A stretch of 64,000 nt of DNA from an uncultured cyanobacterium (GCA_963706595.1 OY970166.1:3104001-3168000); one strand, 5' to 3'; positions 49,653-59,672 are shown, counted from the stretch's first letter. The notes: a model not told the origin generated them from the sequence alone. Program-made: numbers and translations.

Positions 49653-50257
49653 TTATAAATCATACAAATTCCTAAACCAGTTGATAAATCCCTGTACCTT
49701 TGCATCTTGCGGATTCAAAATATTATACTTAATAGCTTGATGTATTTGTCTACCCGGTTCATCTTGCCATGCTAACCAAGTGTAAATTTCCGCTTTATGA
49801 ATATAGGAATCTTTGAATGTTGCTCCTTGATTTTTTGCCTCTCTTGCTACCTCCTGAGCATATTGCCAAAGAGATTCCCCCGGTTGAGGAATCATATAAC
49901 CTAAAAAGGTTTCTAGCATACCTGGGATGATATTATCTGGCATCATCCAAACCCCAAACTTTTGTCCATCTGGTGTGTTAATAATTAATCCTGTTGCTGG
50001 TATTTCTTCAGGAATGTTAGCAATACTTGATAAACAGGCATTTCTGATACTTTGCCAACGCAAAGACGCATCATCATCAGCATCTACATTTCGCCGAGTG
50101 GCTCAAGATTAGTTCGTGAGCATAAAAGTTGAATAGCTTCTAATATAGATGTTTTACCACTGTTATTTCGACCCACGAGCAGATTAATTCTACCTAGCTG
50201 CTGAAGCTCGAAAGATTTGAAACATCGAAAATTTTCTATTTTTACGCTCTTTAACAT
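49653..50257 (-). pseudogene. Deletion remnant of an AAA/ABC ATPase + DUF3226 (TOPRIM-like) gene pair
   Basis: ATPase N-terminus MLKSVKIENFRCF...GRNNSGKTSILEA stops after 57 aa and abuts, in another frame, VDADDD..RWQSI...GMLETFL..KAEIYTWLAWQDEPG. Confidence 0.8.
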
Positions 50258-50350
50258 GATTTTTTTTAGCCAAAAACAACAAAGAGGTAATGACTGGTAT
50301 GAGTGCAAGCAGTTGTGATACATCTAACTCTAGCAAAACAAGCGCCTGCT

Positions 50351-51025
50351 TTAACTGCATTCATCAACAGCCGACTCCACAGGCTCAAATGTAACTTTGT
50401 TGTATAAATCTTGTAGGGAAATTTCAAAGGGTATAGTATTGAGTGCGATCGCCTGATCTTCCTCATCATACTCACGCAGCGACCATTGCTTTTTCCCAGT
50501 CTTAGAAAATTGCTCTACACGAATCCGAGTTTGGTCAATTAGTAAATATTCTTGAAACGTAGGAATAGTTCGATAAGCCTCAAATTTATTCTCACGGTCA
50601 TAGCCTTTGGTAGATTTTGATAAAACCTCAATAATCACCTGTGGATTGACAATGATATCCCGACGGTTATTGAAAAATTCTGGTTCATCCGCCAAAATCA
50701 TCACATCAGGATAAGTATAGATACGCTTTTGCGGTATCCACAGACGCAAATCACCTGCGAAAGCCTCATAATTCTGCTGTCTAAAAGCAAAATTTAATGC
50801 CGCGTAGAGATTGCCAGAGATTCGTTTATGATCTATTAGACATCTCCCAAAATTAGGTTTTAAACCGTGCTGCACAAGGCTTTGATGCTCATTGGCGGAT
50901 ATTTTTAATGTTCCGCCTGTCATTGGAATTATTACCCCGTCAATATATTCGCTTTTATACTCAGCAGCTTCCTCTAAGGCTAAATATTCCTCTGGAGTAT
51001 AGTATTGCTTTTGTGTTACTTCCAT
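50351..51025 (-). CDS. Uma2 family endonuclease with a 24-aa in-frame insertion
   Basis: SEYIDGVIIPMTGGT[insert]IDHKRI, YPDVMI, IIEVLSKST, EYLLIDQ. Confidence 0.88.
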   Translation of the reverse strand: MEVTQKQYYTPEEYLALEEAAEYKSEYIDGVIIPMTGGTLKISANEHQSLVQHGLKPNFGRCLIDHKRISGNLYAALNFAFRQQNYEAFAGDLRLWIPQKRIYTYPDVMILADEPEFFNNRRDIIVNPQVIIEVLSKSTKGYDRENKFEAYRTIPTFQEYLLIDQTRIRVEQFSKTGKKQWSLREYDEEDQAIALNTIPFEISLQDLYNKVTFEPVESAVDECS

Positions 51026-51184
51026 AATTTTTTACGGTAGCGATTTCTACAAATATAGGAATCCTAAATCATTGGTAAACTTCCTTCTTCTCTTGGCGCT
51101 CTTGGCGGCTTGGCGGTTCGATAATTTTGAGGATAGCTATATTCTAACGTGTTCAGACAAATCCTCTGAATTACGAATTACGAA

Positions 51185-52315
51185 TTATTCCCACAGTCTT
51201 CTCCTATTTTTTCCGCCTAACCTTTCGTGAGTATCTCCTAACAAAGCAGGAATATCTAATTTTTCTGGACACCGAGGTAAACATTCCCCGCATTCTGTAC
51301 AACGATTGCCTTTCATTCCAGGGAACCAGTGACCAGCATTTTCAAACATTCCATAACGATATTTTCCATAGTCAGTCATGTCATAAGCTACAGCAAGATT
51401 TCGTAACCGCAAAATTTCAGGAATATTGATATTTTCTGGACAAGGTAAACAGGCATAACACTGGCTGCATTTATCAATTTCTAAAGCAGCTTTTTGGTGT
51501 TCTTCTAAGTTTTGAACAGCTAATTTTTCTGAAGATGTTAATTCATGAATACTATCAGCAAACTGTAAAGGTTCTATTAATTCATCTGGGTTGGCTGCAC
51601 CCACACTCAAAGTAGTAATCCGATGATCACTGAGTAAAAATCTATAGTTTAATTCTAAAGGTGAATAAGGCTGACACAGGTCTATTAATGTTTGGGGTGG
51701 CGTGTAGAGGCGGCCTCCCTTATCTGCTGGGGAAATGATAAAAATGCCCATGTCCTTTTCAGCCGCTAACTGAATTGCTGGGGCATGACGTTGAAAAAAA
51801 TAGTAATAATGTAGATTGACAAATTCAAATAAATCTGTATTAATCGCTGCGAGAATTATATCTAATGAAGCGTGGGTGGAAAAACCAACGTGTCGCACTC
51901 GACCGTCATCAACAGCCTCCTGGACGGCTTTCATGCAGCCACCATTGGCTTGCACCCACTGGAGATGCTCCCAAGTATTTAAGCCATGAATACCTAAGAA
52001 ATCGAGATAATCTAGATTTAATCGTTCTAGGGATTCATCGATGCATCGACGCATACTATCAGCATCAACTGTTGGCGGAATTTTGGTGGTGATGTAAACC
52101 TGAGAACGGGGTAATGATAATCCGCTTTTGATAGCTGTACCAAGATACTCCTCACTTTTGCCATAACCTCTGGCTGTTTCTAGATGATTCACTCCCAGGG
52201 CTAAAGCTGCGGCTATTGTCTGCTGTGCATTTTCGACATCAGCCAGATAGCGCATTGTTCCTAAAGAGAAAACCGAAAGGTTTAGGTTAGTTTTGCCAAA
52301 GCGTCGGTATTGCAT
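51185..52315 (-). CDS. Aldo/keto reductase with a C-terminal 4Fe-4S dicluster
   Basis: FSLGTMR, ETARGYG.SE, GFSTH, CSQCYACLPCP and CTECGECLPRCP. Confidence 0.92.
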   Translation of the reverse strand: MQYRRFGKTNLNLSVFSLGTMRYLADVENAQQTIAAALALGVNHLETARGYGKSEEYLGTAIKSGLSLPRSQVYITTKIPPTVDADSMRRCIDESLERLNLDYLDFLGIHGLNTWEHLQWVQANGGCMKAVQEAVDDGRVRHVGFSTHASLDIILAAINTDLFEFVNLHYYYFFQRHAPAIQLAAEKDMGIFIISPADKGGRLYTPPQTLIDLCQPYSPLELNYRFLLSDHRITTLSVGAANPDELIEPLQFADSIHELTSSEKLAVQNLEEHQKAALEIDKCSQCYACLPCPENINIPEILRLRNLAVAYDMTDYGKYRYGMFENAGHWFPGMKGNRCTECGECLPRCPEKLDIPALLGDTHERLGGKNRRRLWE

Positions 52316-52394
52316 GAAAAGTGTTGAGTGCTAAGTGGGGAAAGTACTGAGTGTTGAGTGCTGGGTGCTGAGTCAAGAAAGTTTTAAGTTAAGC

Positions 52395-52517
52395 AGGACT
52401 TACGCAAGTGTCACAAAAAATAAAATTTTTTTGCTGGTAGTAAGGGCTTCAGCCCTTATTTTGAGGACTAAAGTCCTCACTACAAACTTCAAATAATATG
52501 CCAGTTGCGTAAGTCCT
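52395..52517. mobile_element. 123-bp MITE-like element with an internal REP-like doublet
   Basis: AGGACTTACGCAA ... TTGCGTAAGTCCT perfect 13-bp TIR; internal gtagtaagggcttcagccct / gaggactaaagtcctcactac. Confidence 0.78.
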
Positions 52518-52550
52518 ATTAAGAAAAAAGTTTTGAGTAAGTTTCTTTCC

Positions 52551-52630
52551 CCCCTGCACCCTGCACCCTGCCCCCCTGCCTCTTCCCCCCTGCACCCTGC
52601 ACCCTGCCCCCCTGCCTCTTCCCTGCCTCC
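52551..52630. repeat. STRR-like (CCCTGCA/CCCTGCC) tract forming a duplicated ~34-bp block
   Basis: cccctgcaccctgcaccctgcccccctgcctctt occurs twice. Confidence 0.75.
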
Positions 52631-52633
52631 TAT

Positions 52634-53131
52634 CTAGCTGTCGCCATTTCCAAAGCGCTTGATTAAATCTTCGGGGCGAAGATTGGAGATAAATTCACGG
52701 AAGGCTTGCTGTTCGGCTTCATCAGCATCGCGATCGACGGGAATTGAAGCATCAGAAACCACTTCTTCCATGACCCAGATCGGGGCATTTGTACGGAGAG
52801 CAACGGCGATCGCATCACTGGGACGCGCATCAATTTCTTTTTTGATTTCGCCTTGCTGGACAATTAAAGCAGCATAAAATGTATCCTTTTGCAAGGAGTG
52901 AATAATTACCTTTTCTAGAATCATGGAACATGACTCTAAAAGATTCACAATTAAGTCGTGTGTTAGCGGTCTGGGAGGCTTTTGATTTTCTAGCGCCCCC
53001 ATAATTGCCCTCGCTTGTTCCTGTCCAATATAGATTGGTAAAGCCCGCCGATCTGAGGCATCTTTCAAAAGTACGATGGGACTGCGGGTTATGGCATCTA
53101 ATGCTATGCCAGCGACTCTCATTTCAATCAT
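52634..53131 (-). CDS. Bifunctional nuclease family protein (DUF151)
   Basis: LPIYIG..QARAI, RPLTHDL, IDARPSDAIAVA. Confidence 0.93.
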   Translation of the reverse strand: MIEMRVAGIALDAITRSPIVLLKDASDRRALPIYIGQEQARAIMGALENQKPPRPLTHDLIVNLLESCSMILEKVIIHSLQKDTFYAALIVQQGEIKKEIDARPSDAIAVALRTNAPIWVMEEVVSDASIPVDRDADEAEQQAFREFISNLRPEDLIKRFGNGDS

Positions 53132-53470
53132 TGCCTAAGCCTCTACAATCCTATTAACGATTGAACGCTCTGTAACAAATAATACTGTTTTTTCGGTTAA
53201 TCTGGGGGCGAGAATAAACATAAGCATTGTTCTCTATAATTGCTTCTATTAAACTCCGAACTGGTTGCGAACACCAGAGTAAGTCAAAGTGGTCTACCTA
53301 GACAATAACCTTATTAACCAAGTATGCCCTGTGAAGGATGCGAATGTGTTAATAACTTTATAATAGAAACAGTCAGAAATTATACTTAATATGTGCGGCA
53401 TTAATGTCAGAATTACAGTGGATTTTTAGCATAATTAGGCAATTAATAGAATTAGTTTGAGAAAAAAGCC

Positions 53471-54133
53471 GTGTTTACAGGATTAATCCAAGCATTAGGA
53501 ACGATGAAACCCGTAGGGGGCGATTCATGGCAAATTACTTTTGTAAGTCAGTCCTCTGCTGTCATTATGCAGGATTTGGCTTACGGCGATAGCGTAGCTG
53601 TAGATGGAGTTTGCTTAACAGTAGAGAAAATTTTAAACGATGGGTTTATCGCCACTGCTTCACCGGAGACTCTACGCCGCACGACTCTGGGAGAAGAGCA
53701 AACACAGCAGGGATACGTCAATTTAGAAGCTTCGCTGCGGGTAGGGGGCAAAGTGGGCGGTCATTTTGTCATGGGTCATGTAGATGGTATCGGTCAATTA
53801 GTAACGGCCGCACAAACGGCTAGTTCTTGGGAAATGACTTTTACTGCACCCGAAGCGATCGCGCGGTATATTGTCCCCAAAGGTAGCATTGCTGTCAATG
53901 GTATCAGTCTCACAGTAGCTGAATATCAACCGGATTTGTCTCAGTTCACAGTCGCAGTCATTCCCCTCACTTATGACGATACAAATCTCCGCTATCTTGT
54001 CTCAGGCAGTTGGGTAAATTTAGAAGGGGATATTCTCGGCAAATATGTCGAGAAATTTCTTTCTCCTAGCAAACAACATTCAAAAACCGATATGCTGACA
54101 CCTGAGTTTTTAGCAGAACATGGGTATTTGTGA
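53471..54133 (+). CDS. ribC: Riboflavin synthase (alpha chain)
   Basis: MFTGLI, GDSVAVDGVCLTV, VNLE, GGHFVMGHVD, KGSIAVNGISLTV. Confidence 0.95.
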   Translation: MFTGLIQALGTMKPVGGDSWQITFVSQSSAVIMQDLAYGDSVAVDGVCLTVEKILNDGFIATASPETLRRTTLGEEQTQQGYVNLEASLRVGGKVGGHFVMGHVDGIGQLVTAAQTASSWEMTFTAPEAIARYIVPKGSIAVNGISLTVAEYQPDLSQFTVAVIPLTYDDTNLRYLVSGSWVNLEGDILGKYVEKFLSPSKQHSKTDMLTPEFLAEHGYL

Positions 54134-54139
54134 TTAGGA

Positions 54140-54164
54140 GGAGACGCGATGAATCGCGTCTCTA
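54140..54164. repeat. REP-like palindrome between convergent genes
   Basis: gagacgcgat-ga-atcgcgtctc-tac. Confidence 0.65.
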
Positions 54165-54174
54165 CAAGAGGGTG

Positions 54175-55884
54175 CTAGCTATCTGGTTGTTGGGTAACGC
54201 GAGCTGTTTGTAAAGCTTGTACCATCTGACTGAGGGCAACTTGTAATTGTACACCTGAGTCAACAGCAACCCAACCTTCTGGTTTGAGGTGGCGGACTTC
54301 AAAGTGCAGGTGAGGCCCTGTAGAGTTACCAGTGCTACCAACTCGCCCAATGACGGTTCCTTGTTCTACTCTTTGACCGGGTTGGACAAAAAGTTCGGAC
54401 AAATGAGCATAAAGGGTTTGTTGAGCAGAAGCGTGGTTAACAGTTACGGTTAAACCATAGCCACCCATCCAGTTGGCAGTTTGTACTGTACCTGCGGCGG
54501 CGGCTACTACTGGTGTCCCCGTTGGTGCTGCTAAATCTGTACCGGCGTGGAAGCGGCGATCGCCTGTAATGGGATGAGTTCTCCAACCAAATACAGAACT
54601 AATGCGAGCAGGTATAGAAAGCGGAAAGCTCATTCCCCCATCACTACGATAGGCGATTCTCCCAGTGAAGGGAATTTGTGGCAATACAGATGCTAATTGG
54701 AAGTCGTAAGCTACTGTACTGGGTCGGGGTGCAGTCTTCGCTGCTGTCATTGGTGGGGGTAGAGTTCCACCACTGGGTGCGATGGGAGATGCAGTAGCGA
54801 AATCGCTAGGGTTCGGGAGAAACCGATTCGGGCGATATGCAGTTTTGCTAGCACCACTAGATACAGCCTGATTAGGACTCCATCTGTTGTTGCTGTTATT
54901 TGTGGCTACTGGTCGAGCTACTGGTTGAGCTACTGGTCGAGCTGCTGCAACCTTCGCTACCTGAGTATTTTGGCTGGCTTGAAGCCAGTTGGGTGCTGTT
55001 TTACCAGAATTAGCTACTCCCTGATTCCGCGCAGTTTCCTGGGGTGCTTGAGCGCAATTATTGACTGATATAGTTTGCCCAGAGGGTAAAACGGTTTGAC
55101 AACCACTAGAGCGTTCTGTTAGCACCACAGAGTTAGGTGCTTGATAAGTCGCCGCCGTATTGGTGTTGTAATCGATGGGATCAATATAGGCGTTATTATA
55201 ATCCCTGGTTTTGCCTGTGCTGCCAATGGTTGCGCCGTTTGAGTTATTTGATGGTCTGGCAATTTCTGGGAGTTTTTCCGGTAAAGTCCGGGGTGTACTC
55301 GGTTGGGCTACTTCAGTTTTGGGTTTCTGCTGAGTCACATTTGCTCTAGGAGTAGAAACCTCAGCTTTGGGTTTCTGCTGAGTCACATTTGCTCTAGGAG
55401 TAGAAACCTCAACTTTGGGTTTCTGCTGAGTCACATTTGCTCTAGGAGTAGAAACCTCAACTTTGGGTTTCTGCGGAGTCACATTTGCTCTAGGAGTAGA
55501 AACCTCAACTTTGGGTTTCTGCGGAGTCACATTTGTTTTTGGAGGGGAAACTTCTTGTCTACTACGTAGTCTTTGTCTCAAATCAGCTTGCTGTTCTGCA
55601 ACTTCCGGCTGTGGTCGAGATAGTGCAGAAGAAACAGACTCTTTTTTGACTGTAGTTGGGATGACTACTGCTGGCTGAGAGCTTTCAACAGTGGGAACAA
55701 TATTATCTATACTTGATTCTGTTTGGGCAATTGCCAAGCCGCCACTTAAGAAACTAACACTACTTAGCAAAAAAAAGCTTTGTGCTGGTAGCGTAGATGC
55801 ATAAATTTGCAACAGCTTTCCGTAAGAATTGCGTCTGGATGAGTTGTTTAAATGGTGATGGGCAGATTTATGGCGCTGCGTCAT
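54175..55884 (-). CDS. M23 family peptidase with a long low-complexity N-terminal region
   Basis: FGWRTHPI, HAGTDLA, YAHLS, GNSTGPHLHFEVR. Confidence 0.92.
   Translation of the reverse strand: MTQRHKSAHHHLNNSSRRNSYGKLLQIYASTLPAQSFFLLSSVSFLSGGLAIAQTESSIDNIVPTVESSQPAVVIPTTVKKESVSSALSRPQPEVAEQQADLRQRLRSRQEVSPPKTNVTPQKPKVEVSTPRANVTPQKPKVEVSTPRANVTQQKPKVEVSTPRANVTQQKPKAEVSTPRANVTQQKPKTEVAQPSTPRTLPEKLPEIARPSNNSNGATIGSTGKTRDYNNAYIDPIDYNTNTAATYQAPNSVVLTERSSGCQTVLPSGQTISVNNCAQAPQETARNQGVANSGKTAPNWLQASQNTQVAKVAAARPVAQPVARPVATNNSNNRWSPNQAVSSGASKTAYRPNRFLPNPSDFATASPIAPSGGTLPPPMTAAKTAPRPSTVAYDFQLASVLPQIPFTGRIAYRSDGGMSFPLSIPARISSVFGWRTHPITGDRRFHAGTDLAAPTGTPVVAAAAGTVQTANWMGGYGLTVTVNHASAQQTLYAHLSELFVQPGQRVEQGTVIGRVGSTGNSTGPHLHFEVRHLKPEGWVAVDSGVQLQVALSQMVQALQTARVTQQPDS
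55307..55546 (-). repeat. Coding tandem repeat, ~5 x 48 bp (16 aa PRANVTxQKPKxEVST)
   Basis: gggtttctgc recurs every 48 bp from 55321. Confidence 0.9.
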
Positions 55885-55967
55885 TGTTTCTCTCAGTTGT
55901 TTTAAATTAGTCTCAAGAGATGATGTCAGTGGTTTGTCTTGCCCAAAGAGCGAAATTTTGAACAAAC

Positions 55968-56786
55968 CTAAAATAAAACAGAAGATTTACCGTAACCCAA
56001 ACTGATTGTACCGGGTTCGACATAAATTTCTGGTGTTTTTATGTCATTTGGATCATCTATTTCAAAAGATACATGAAGATTCCCCTGTGAAGTTACGCCG
56101 ATGACAGTGCCTAAAACATTATTTATGCATACCTGATCACCGATATTTGTCAATAAATCTAAATATCGAGACAAGAGTACACTTATTCCTTCTTGGCACA
56201 GACACTGTATACCGGATTTTATTCCCAGTAAAACTGTGTTCGTGAGCATTTCCAGACAAGAGATAGCCTGAATAGACTGGGAAGCTTGCCAGGATTCGAG
56301 ATTGATGCCAGTATCAGGTACTGGGTTACTCCAGTTAATGCCGACACCAATCACTGCTTGTATGATCTGTCCATTGTGGACTTTTGTTTCTGTTAAGATG
56401 CCGCCGAGTTTGCGGCCATGCAAAACTAAGTCGTTCGGCCATTTAATGCCTACAGTTACGCCGCACTGACGCAACCCCGCAGCAATTCCCCATGCACTGG
56501 CTAAGGTGAGCTGATAACTATCCGCAGCTTCTAGTTTAGGAACAATACCCACCGAAAGGTATAGTCCCCCAGTGGGAGAAATCCACTGACGGCCCCATTG
56601 TCCTCTGCCAGAAGTTTGCTGAGTGGCAATTACTACAGACTTTTTATCAGCCCCTTGTTTGAGCAAGTCCCACAGGGTCTGATTTGTGGAGGGAACACTT
56701 TCAAAAATATGTAGGGAGGATGGTAAATAAGTATCCCCACGAGCCGATTTTATAATAGTTTCCAAGAGTTGCCGATCAAATCCCAC
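55968..56786 (-). CDS. birA: Biotin--[acetyl-CoA-carboxylase] ligase
   Basis: STN, QTSGRGQWGRQW, IKWPNDL, KLGGILTE, GVGIN. Confidence 0.94.
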   Translation of the reverse strand: MGFDRQLLETIIKSARGDTYLPSSLHIFESVPSTNQTLWDLLKQGADKKSVVIATQQTSGRGQWGRQWISPTGGLYLSVGIVPKLEAADSYQLTLASAWGIAAGLRQCGVTVGIKWPNDLVLHGRKLGGILTETKVHNGQIIQAVIGVGINWSNPVPDTGINLESWQASQSIQAISCLEMLTNTVLLGIKSGIQCLCQEGISVLLSRYLDLLTNIGDQVCINNVLGTVIGVTSQGNLHVSFEIDDPNDIKTPEIYVEPGTISLGYGKSSVLF

Positions 56787-56856
56787 AGCAGTTAACCGAA
56801 ATCCCGTTGTTCAAGTTAGCATTAATTGATTGATTTTTGTTTCGGTTTGGTTCAAG

Positions 56857-57625
56857 ATGCACACTTGGCACTGGCACAATTGGCAAGGACTACCCTATCT
56901 TACTAGTAGTCTTCTCAAAGATTGGCATCACGGCTTCTTTACTCAACAGTTTTGGCCGATCGCCTGAAGATTTGACAAAAGCACTGCACCCAGAAGCATC
57001 AGCTTATCGTTTGCAGCAGGTACATGGCAATATAGTTCTCACCCCACAAGAAATTGAGCAGCAGTTAGGCTCAGAAAATTCTAATTTAGTCTTGGGTGAT
57101 GGTTTAATCAGCGAAAACCCTCTACAAGCTCTCTGGGTAGCTAGCGCTGATTGTACACCTGTATTGATTGGCGATGTCAAAACTCGACAAGTAGCCGCAC
57201 TACACGCGGGTTGGCGAGGAACTGCGGCGAAGATTGTTCCCCAGGCGATCGCCCGACTACAAAATCAAGGTAGTCAACTCGCTGACTTACGGATTGCAAT
57301 GGGACCCGCGATCGCAGGTGAAGTTTATCAAGTTTCTCTGGAAGTCGCGGCGGAAGTTGGTGCTAGCATTACACATCATGTAGATTTACAGCAGATGATC
57401 GCTGCTTTGCATGACTTACCAAATTCACCTTTATTCGCAGACCCCGAACCCGGAAAAGTTAAATTGGATGTGCGACGAGTCAATGTTTTACAACTGGAAA
57501 GCTTAGGTATTAGCGCCGAACAAATTGCGATCGCGCCTTACTGTACTTACCAAACTCCAGAATATTTCTTTTCTTATCGTCGGGAGCAACAGAAAAAAGT
57601 TCAATGGTCAGGAATTGTCAGGTAA
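56857..57625 (+). pseudogene. pgeF: Peptidoglycan editing factor PgeF (YfiH), frameshifted at ~56957
   Basis: ATG 56857 gives MHTWHWHNWQGLPYL...HGFFTQQFWP then stop at 56965; QQVHG, SADCTPV, HAGWRG, FFSYRR continue in the +1 frame. Confidence 0.82.
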
Positions 57626-57692
57626 AAGCGAGACTTATGATGATTTTTTCGCTAAACTGTAAGCTCGATCATCGCAGTTGATTAAACACATT

Positions 57693-58523
57693 ATGCACTG
57701 GTTGTTATCTGGACCGTTGAGTATAGAGAGATTAACGGTTAAGATTGCTGGTTTGCCTGAATCTTTAGCAGGTAAGAAATTGGTACAAATGTCAGACTTT
57801 CATTATGACGGTTTGCAACTGTCAGAAGAAATGTTAGAACAGGCGATCGCAGCTAGCAACCAATTAAAGCCGGATTTAGTTTTATTGACTGGCGACTATG
57901 TAACCACAAGCGCCGCACCCATTCATGACCTAGCCTTACGACTAAAACAGCTACAAAGTCAGGCTGGTATTTATGCCATTTTAGGTAATCACGATACATA
58001 TTACAAACACTCAAAAAACGAAATTACCAACGCCCTAACTAACATCGGTGTCAATGTCCTGTGGAATCAAATCGCCTATCCTTTCGGAAAAGAATTACCA
58101 TTCGTAGGACTAGCCGATTGTTACTCACCAGACTTCAATCCCACAGCAGTCATGGAGCAACTAGACCCTGAAATCCCTCGGATTATCCTATCTCACAACC
58201 CTGATACTGCGGAATTATTGGCAAAGTGGCGAGTTGATTTGCAATTATCTGGTCACACCCACGGTGGACAAATTGTGATTCCCGGACTAGGACCTATGTT
58301 AAATTACTACAAACAAATTTTGCCAAATATACCGATGAAAGTACGGAATTACTTTCCCTTTCTGCAAAGAAACTACTTGATTATCCGTCATTGGGAATGG
58401 GCGCAAGGTTTACATCAAGTAGGAAATAATCAGCTATATGTCAATCGTGGTTTAGGGACTTATTTACCAGGACGTTTATTTTGTCCACCTGAAGTTACAG
58501 AAATTATCCTCCAAAGGGCATAG
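57693..58523 (+). CDS. Metallophosphoesterase (YkuE-like), paralog 1
   Basis: SDFH, TGDY, GNHD, LSHNPD, SGHTHGGQ. Confidence 0.92.
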   Translation: MHWLLSGPLSIERLTVKIAGLPESLAGKKLVQMSDFHYDGLQLSEEMLEQAIAASNQLKPDLVLLTGDYVTTSAAPIHDLALRLKQLQSQAGIYAILGNHDTYYKHSKNEITNALTNIGVNVLWNQIAYPFGKELPFVGLADCYSPDFNPTAVMEQLDPEIPRIILSHNPDTAELLAKWRVDLQLSGHTHGGQIVIPGLGPMLNYYKQILPNIPMKVRNYFPFLQRNYLIIRHWEWAQGLHQVGNNQLYVNRGLGTYLPGRLFCPPEVTEIILQRA

Positions 58524-58610
58524 ATTACCGTGAAGTTTTGGCACTTACCAAAGATGTATTTTAATTTTTGATAAGCTGTAAACACTGGTCTGAGGAGTCG
58601 CTATTGCCCT

Positions 58611-59444
58611 ATGCACTGGTTGTTTACGGGACGTTTAAGAGTAGATGAAATAACGGTTAAGATTGCGGACTTACCAAAATCTTTACAAACGACAAAGCTA
58701 GTACAGTTGACAGATTTTCATTATGATGGTAAGAGAATTTCTGAAGAACTTTTAGCACAGGCGATCGCTGCTAGTAACCAAGCTGAACCCGATATAATTC
58801 TCTTAACTGGCGACTATGTAACCGACGATCCTACACCAATTCACGAACTAGCTTTACGGCTAAAAAAATTACAAAGTCGCTGTGGTATTTACGCCGTCCT
58901 CGGCAATCATGATATACATTACAAGCACTCCCAAGCAGAAATTACATCTGCTTTGACTAGCATAGGGGTTCATGTCCTGTGGAATCAAATCGCCTATCCA
59001 TTGGGAGAACAATTACCCATAGTCGGACTAGCTGAATATTGGTCACGGGAATTTAACCCGGAACCAGTCATGAATCTACTTAATTCTGATCTACCCCGCA
59101 TTGTTTTATCCCATAACCCAGATACTGCCAAAATTTTGCAAAAGTGGCGCGTAGATTTGCAACTATCTGGACATACTCACGGAGGCCATATTGTCATACC
59201 AGGATTTGGTCCCGCCATTTTTCATTATCAAAACCTGCTGAAAAAACTTCCGAAAAAACTGCGCCGTTGGGAACCATTATTATTAGGAGATTGTTCAAAA
59301 GTAGTGAAACATTGGGAATGGGCGAAAGGTTTTCATCAAGTGTCCAATAATCAATTATACGTCAATCGTGGCTTAGGCACTTATCGCCCAGGACGTTTAT
59401 TTTGTCCCCCCGAAGTTACTGTAATTACCTTAGTTAGCCAATAG
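58611..59444 (+). CDS. Metallophosphoesterase (YkuE-like), paralog 2
   Basis: TDFH, TGDY, GNHD, LSHNPD, SGHTHGGH. Confidence 0.92.
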   Translation: MHWLFTGRLRVDEITVKIADLPKSLQTTKLVQLTDFHYDGKRISEELLAQAIAASNQAEPDIILLTGDYVTDDPTPIHELALRLKKLQSRCGIYAVLGNHDIHYKHSQAEITSALTSIGVHVLWNQIAYPLGEQLPIVGLAEYWSREFNPEPVMNLLNSDLPRIVLSHNPDTAKILQKWRVDLQLSGHTHGGHIVIPGFGPAIFHYQNLLKKLPKKLRRWEPLLLGDCSKVVKHWEWAKGFHQVSNNQLYVNRGLGTYRPGRLFCPPEVTVITLVSQ

Positions 59445-59525
59445 TTATTTCTTAGTTATACCGCATAAAAAATGTTTGCTCATAGTCAGGACTTTAGTCC
59501 TGAATTTAGGAACTGAAGTCCCTAC

Positions 59526-59672
59526 TATAACGTTTCCTAATCATATAAGGTATATCATAGCCCCCTCCTCGCGGCGGAGAGAAGTCACAAGGAGGGTTTC
59601 CCTCCGGGTGAACTTCGGAGGAGGGGGTTGGGGGTGGGGTTCTTGTACTGCATTAAAGTGGGAAACGCTATA
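59526..59672. mobile_element. TA-flanked MITE-like repeat with a nested hairpin insertion
   Basis: Core of the ~105-bp family interrupted by gaagtcacaaggagggtttccctccgggtgaacttc. Confidence 0.72.

Noticed and set aside
55307..55546. CRISPR or iteron array
   Set aside because: Contiguous in-frame 48-bp coding repeats with no spacers
56837..56956. Track N-terminus MFRFGSRCTLG... of the pgeF ORF
   Set aside because: The plausible N-terminus is in another frame from ATG 56857; the track extension results from the frameshift
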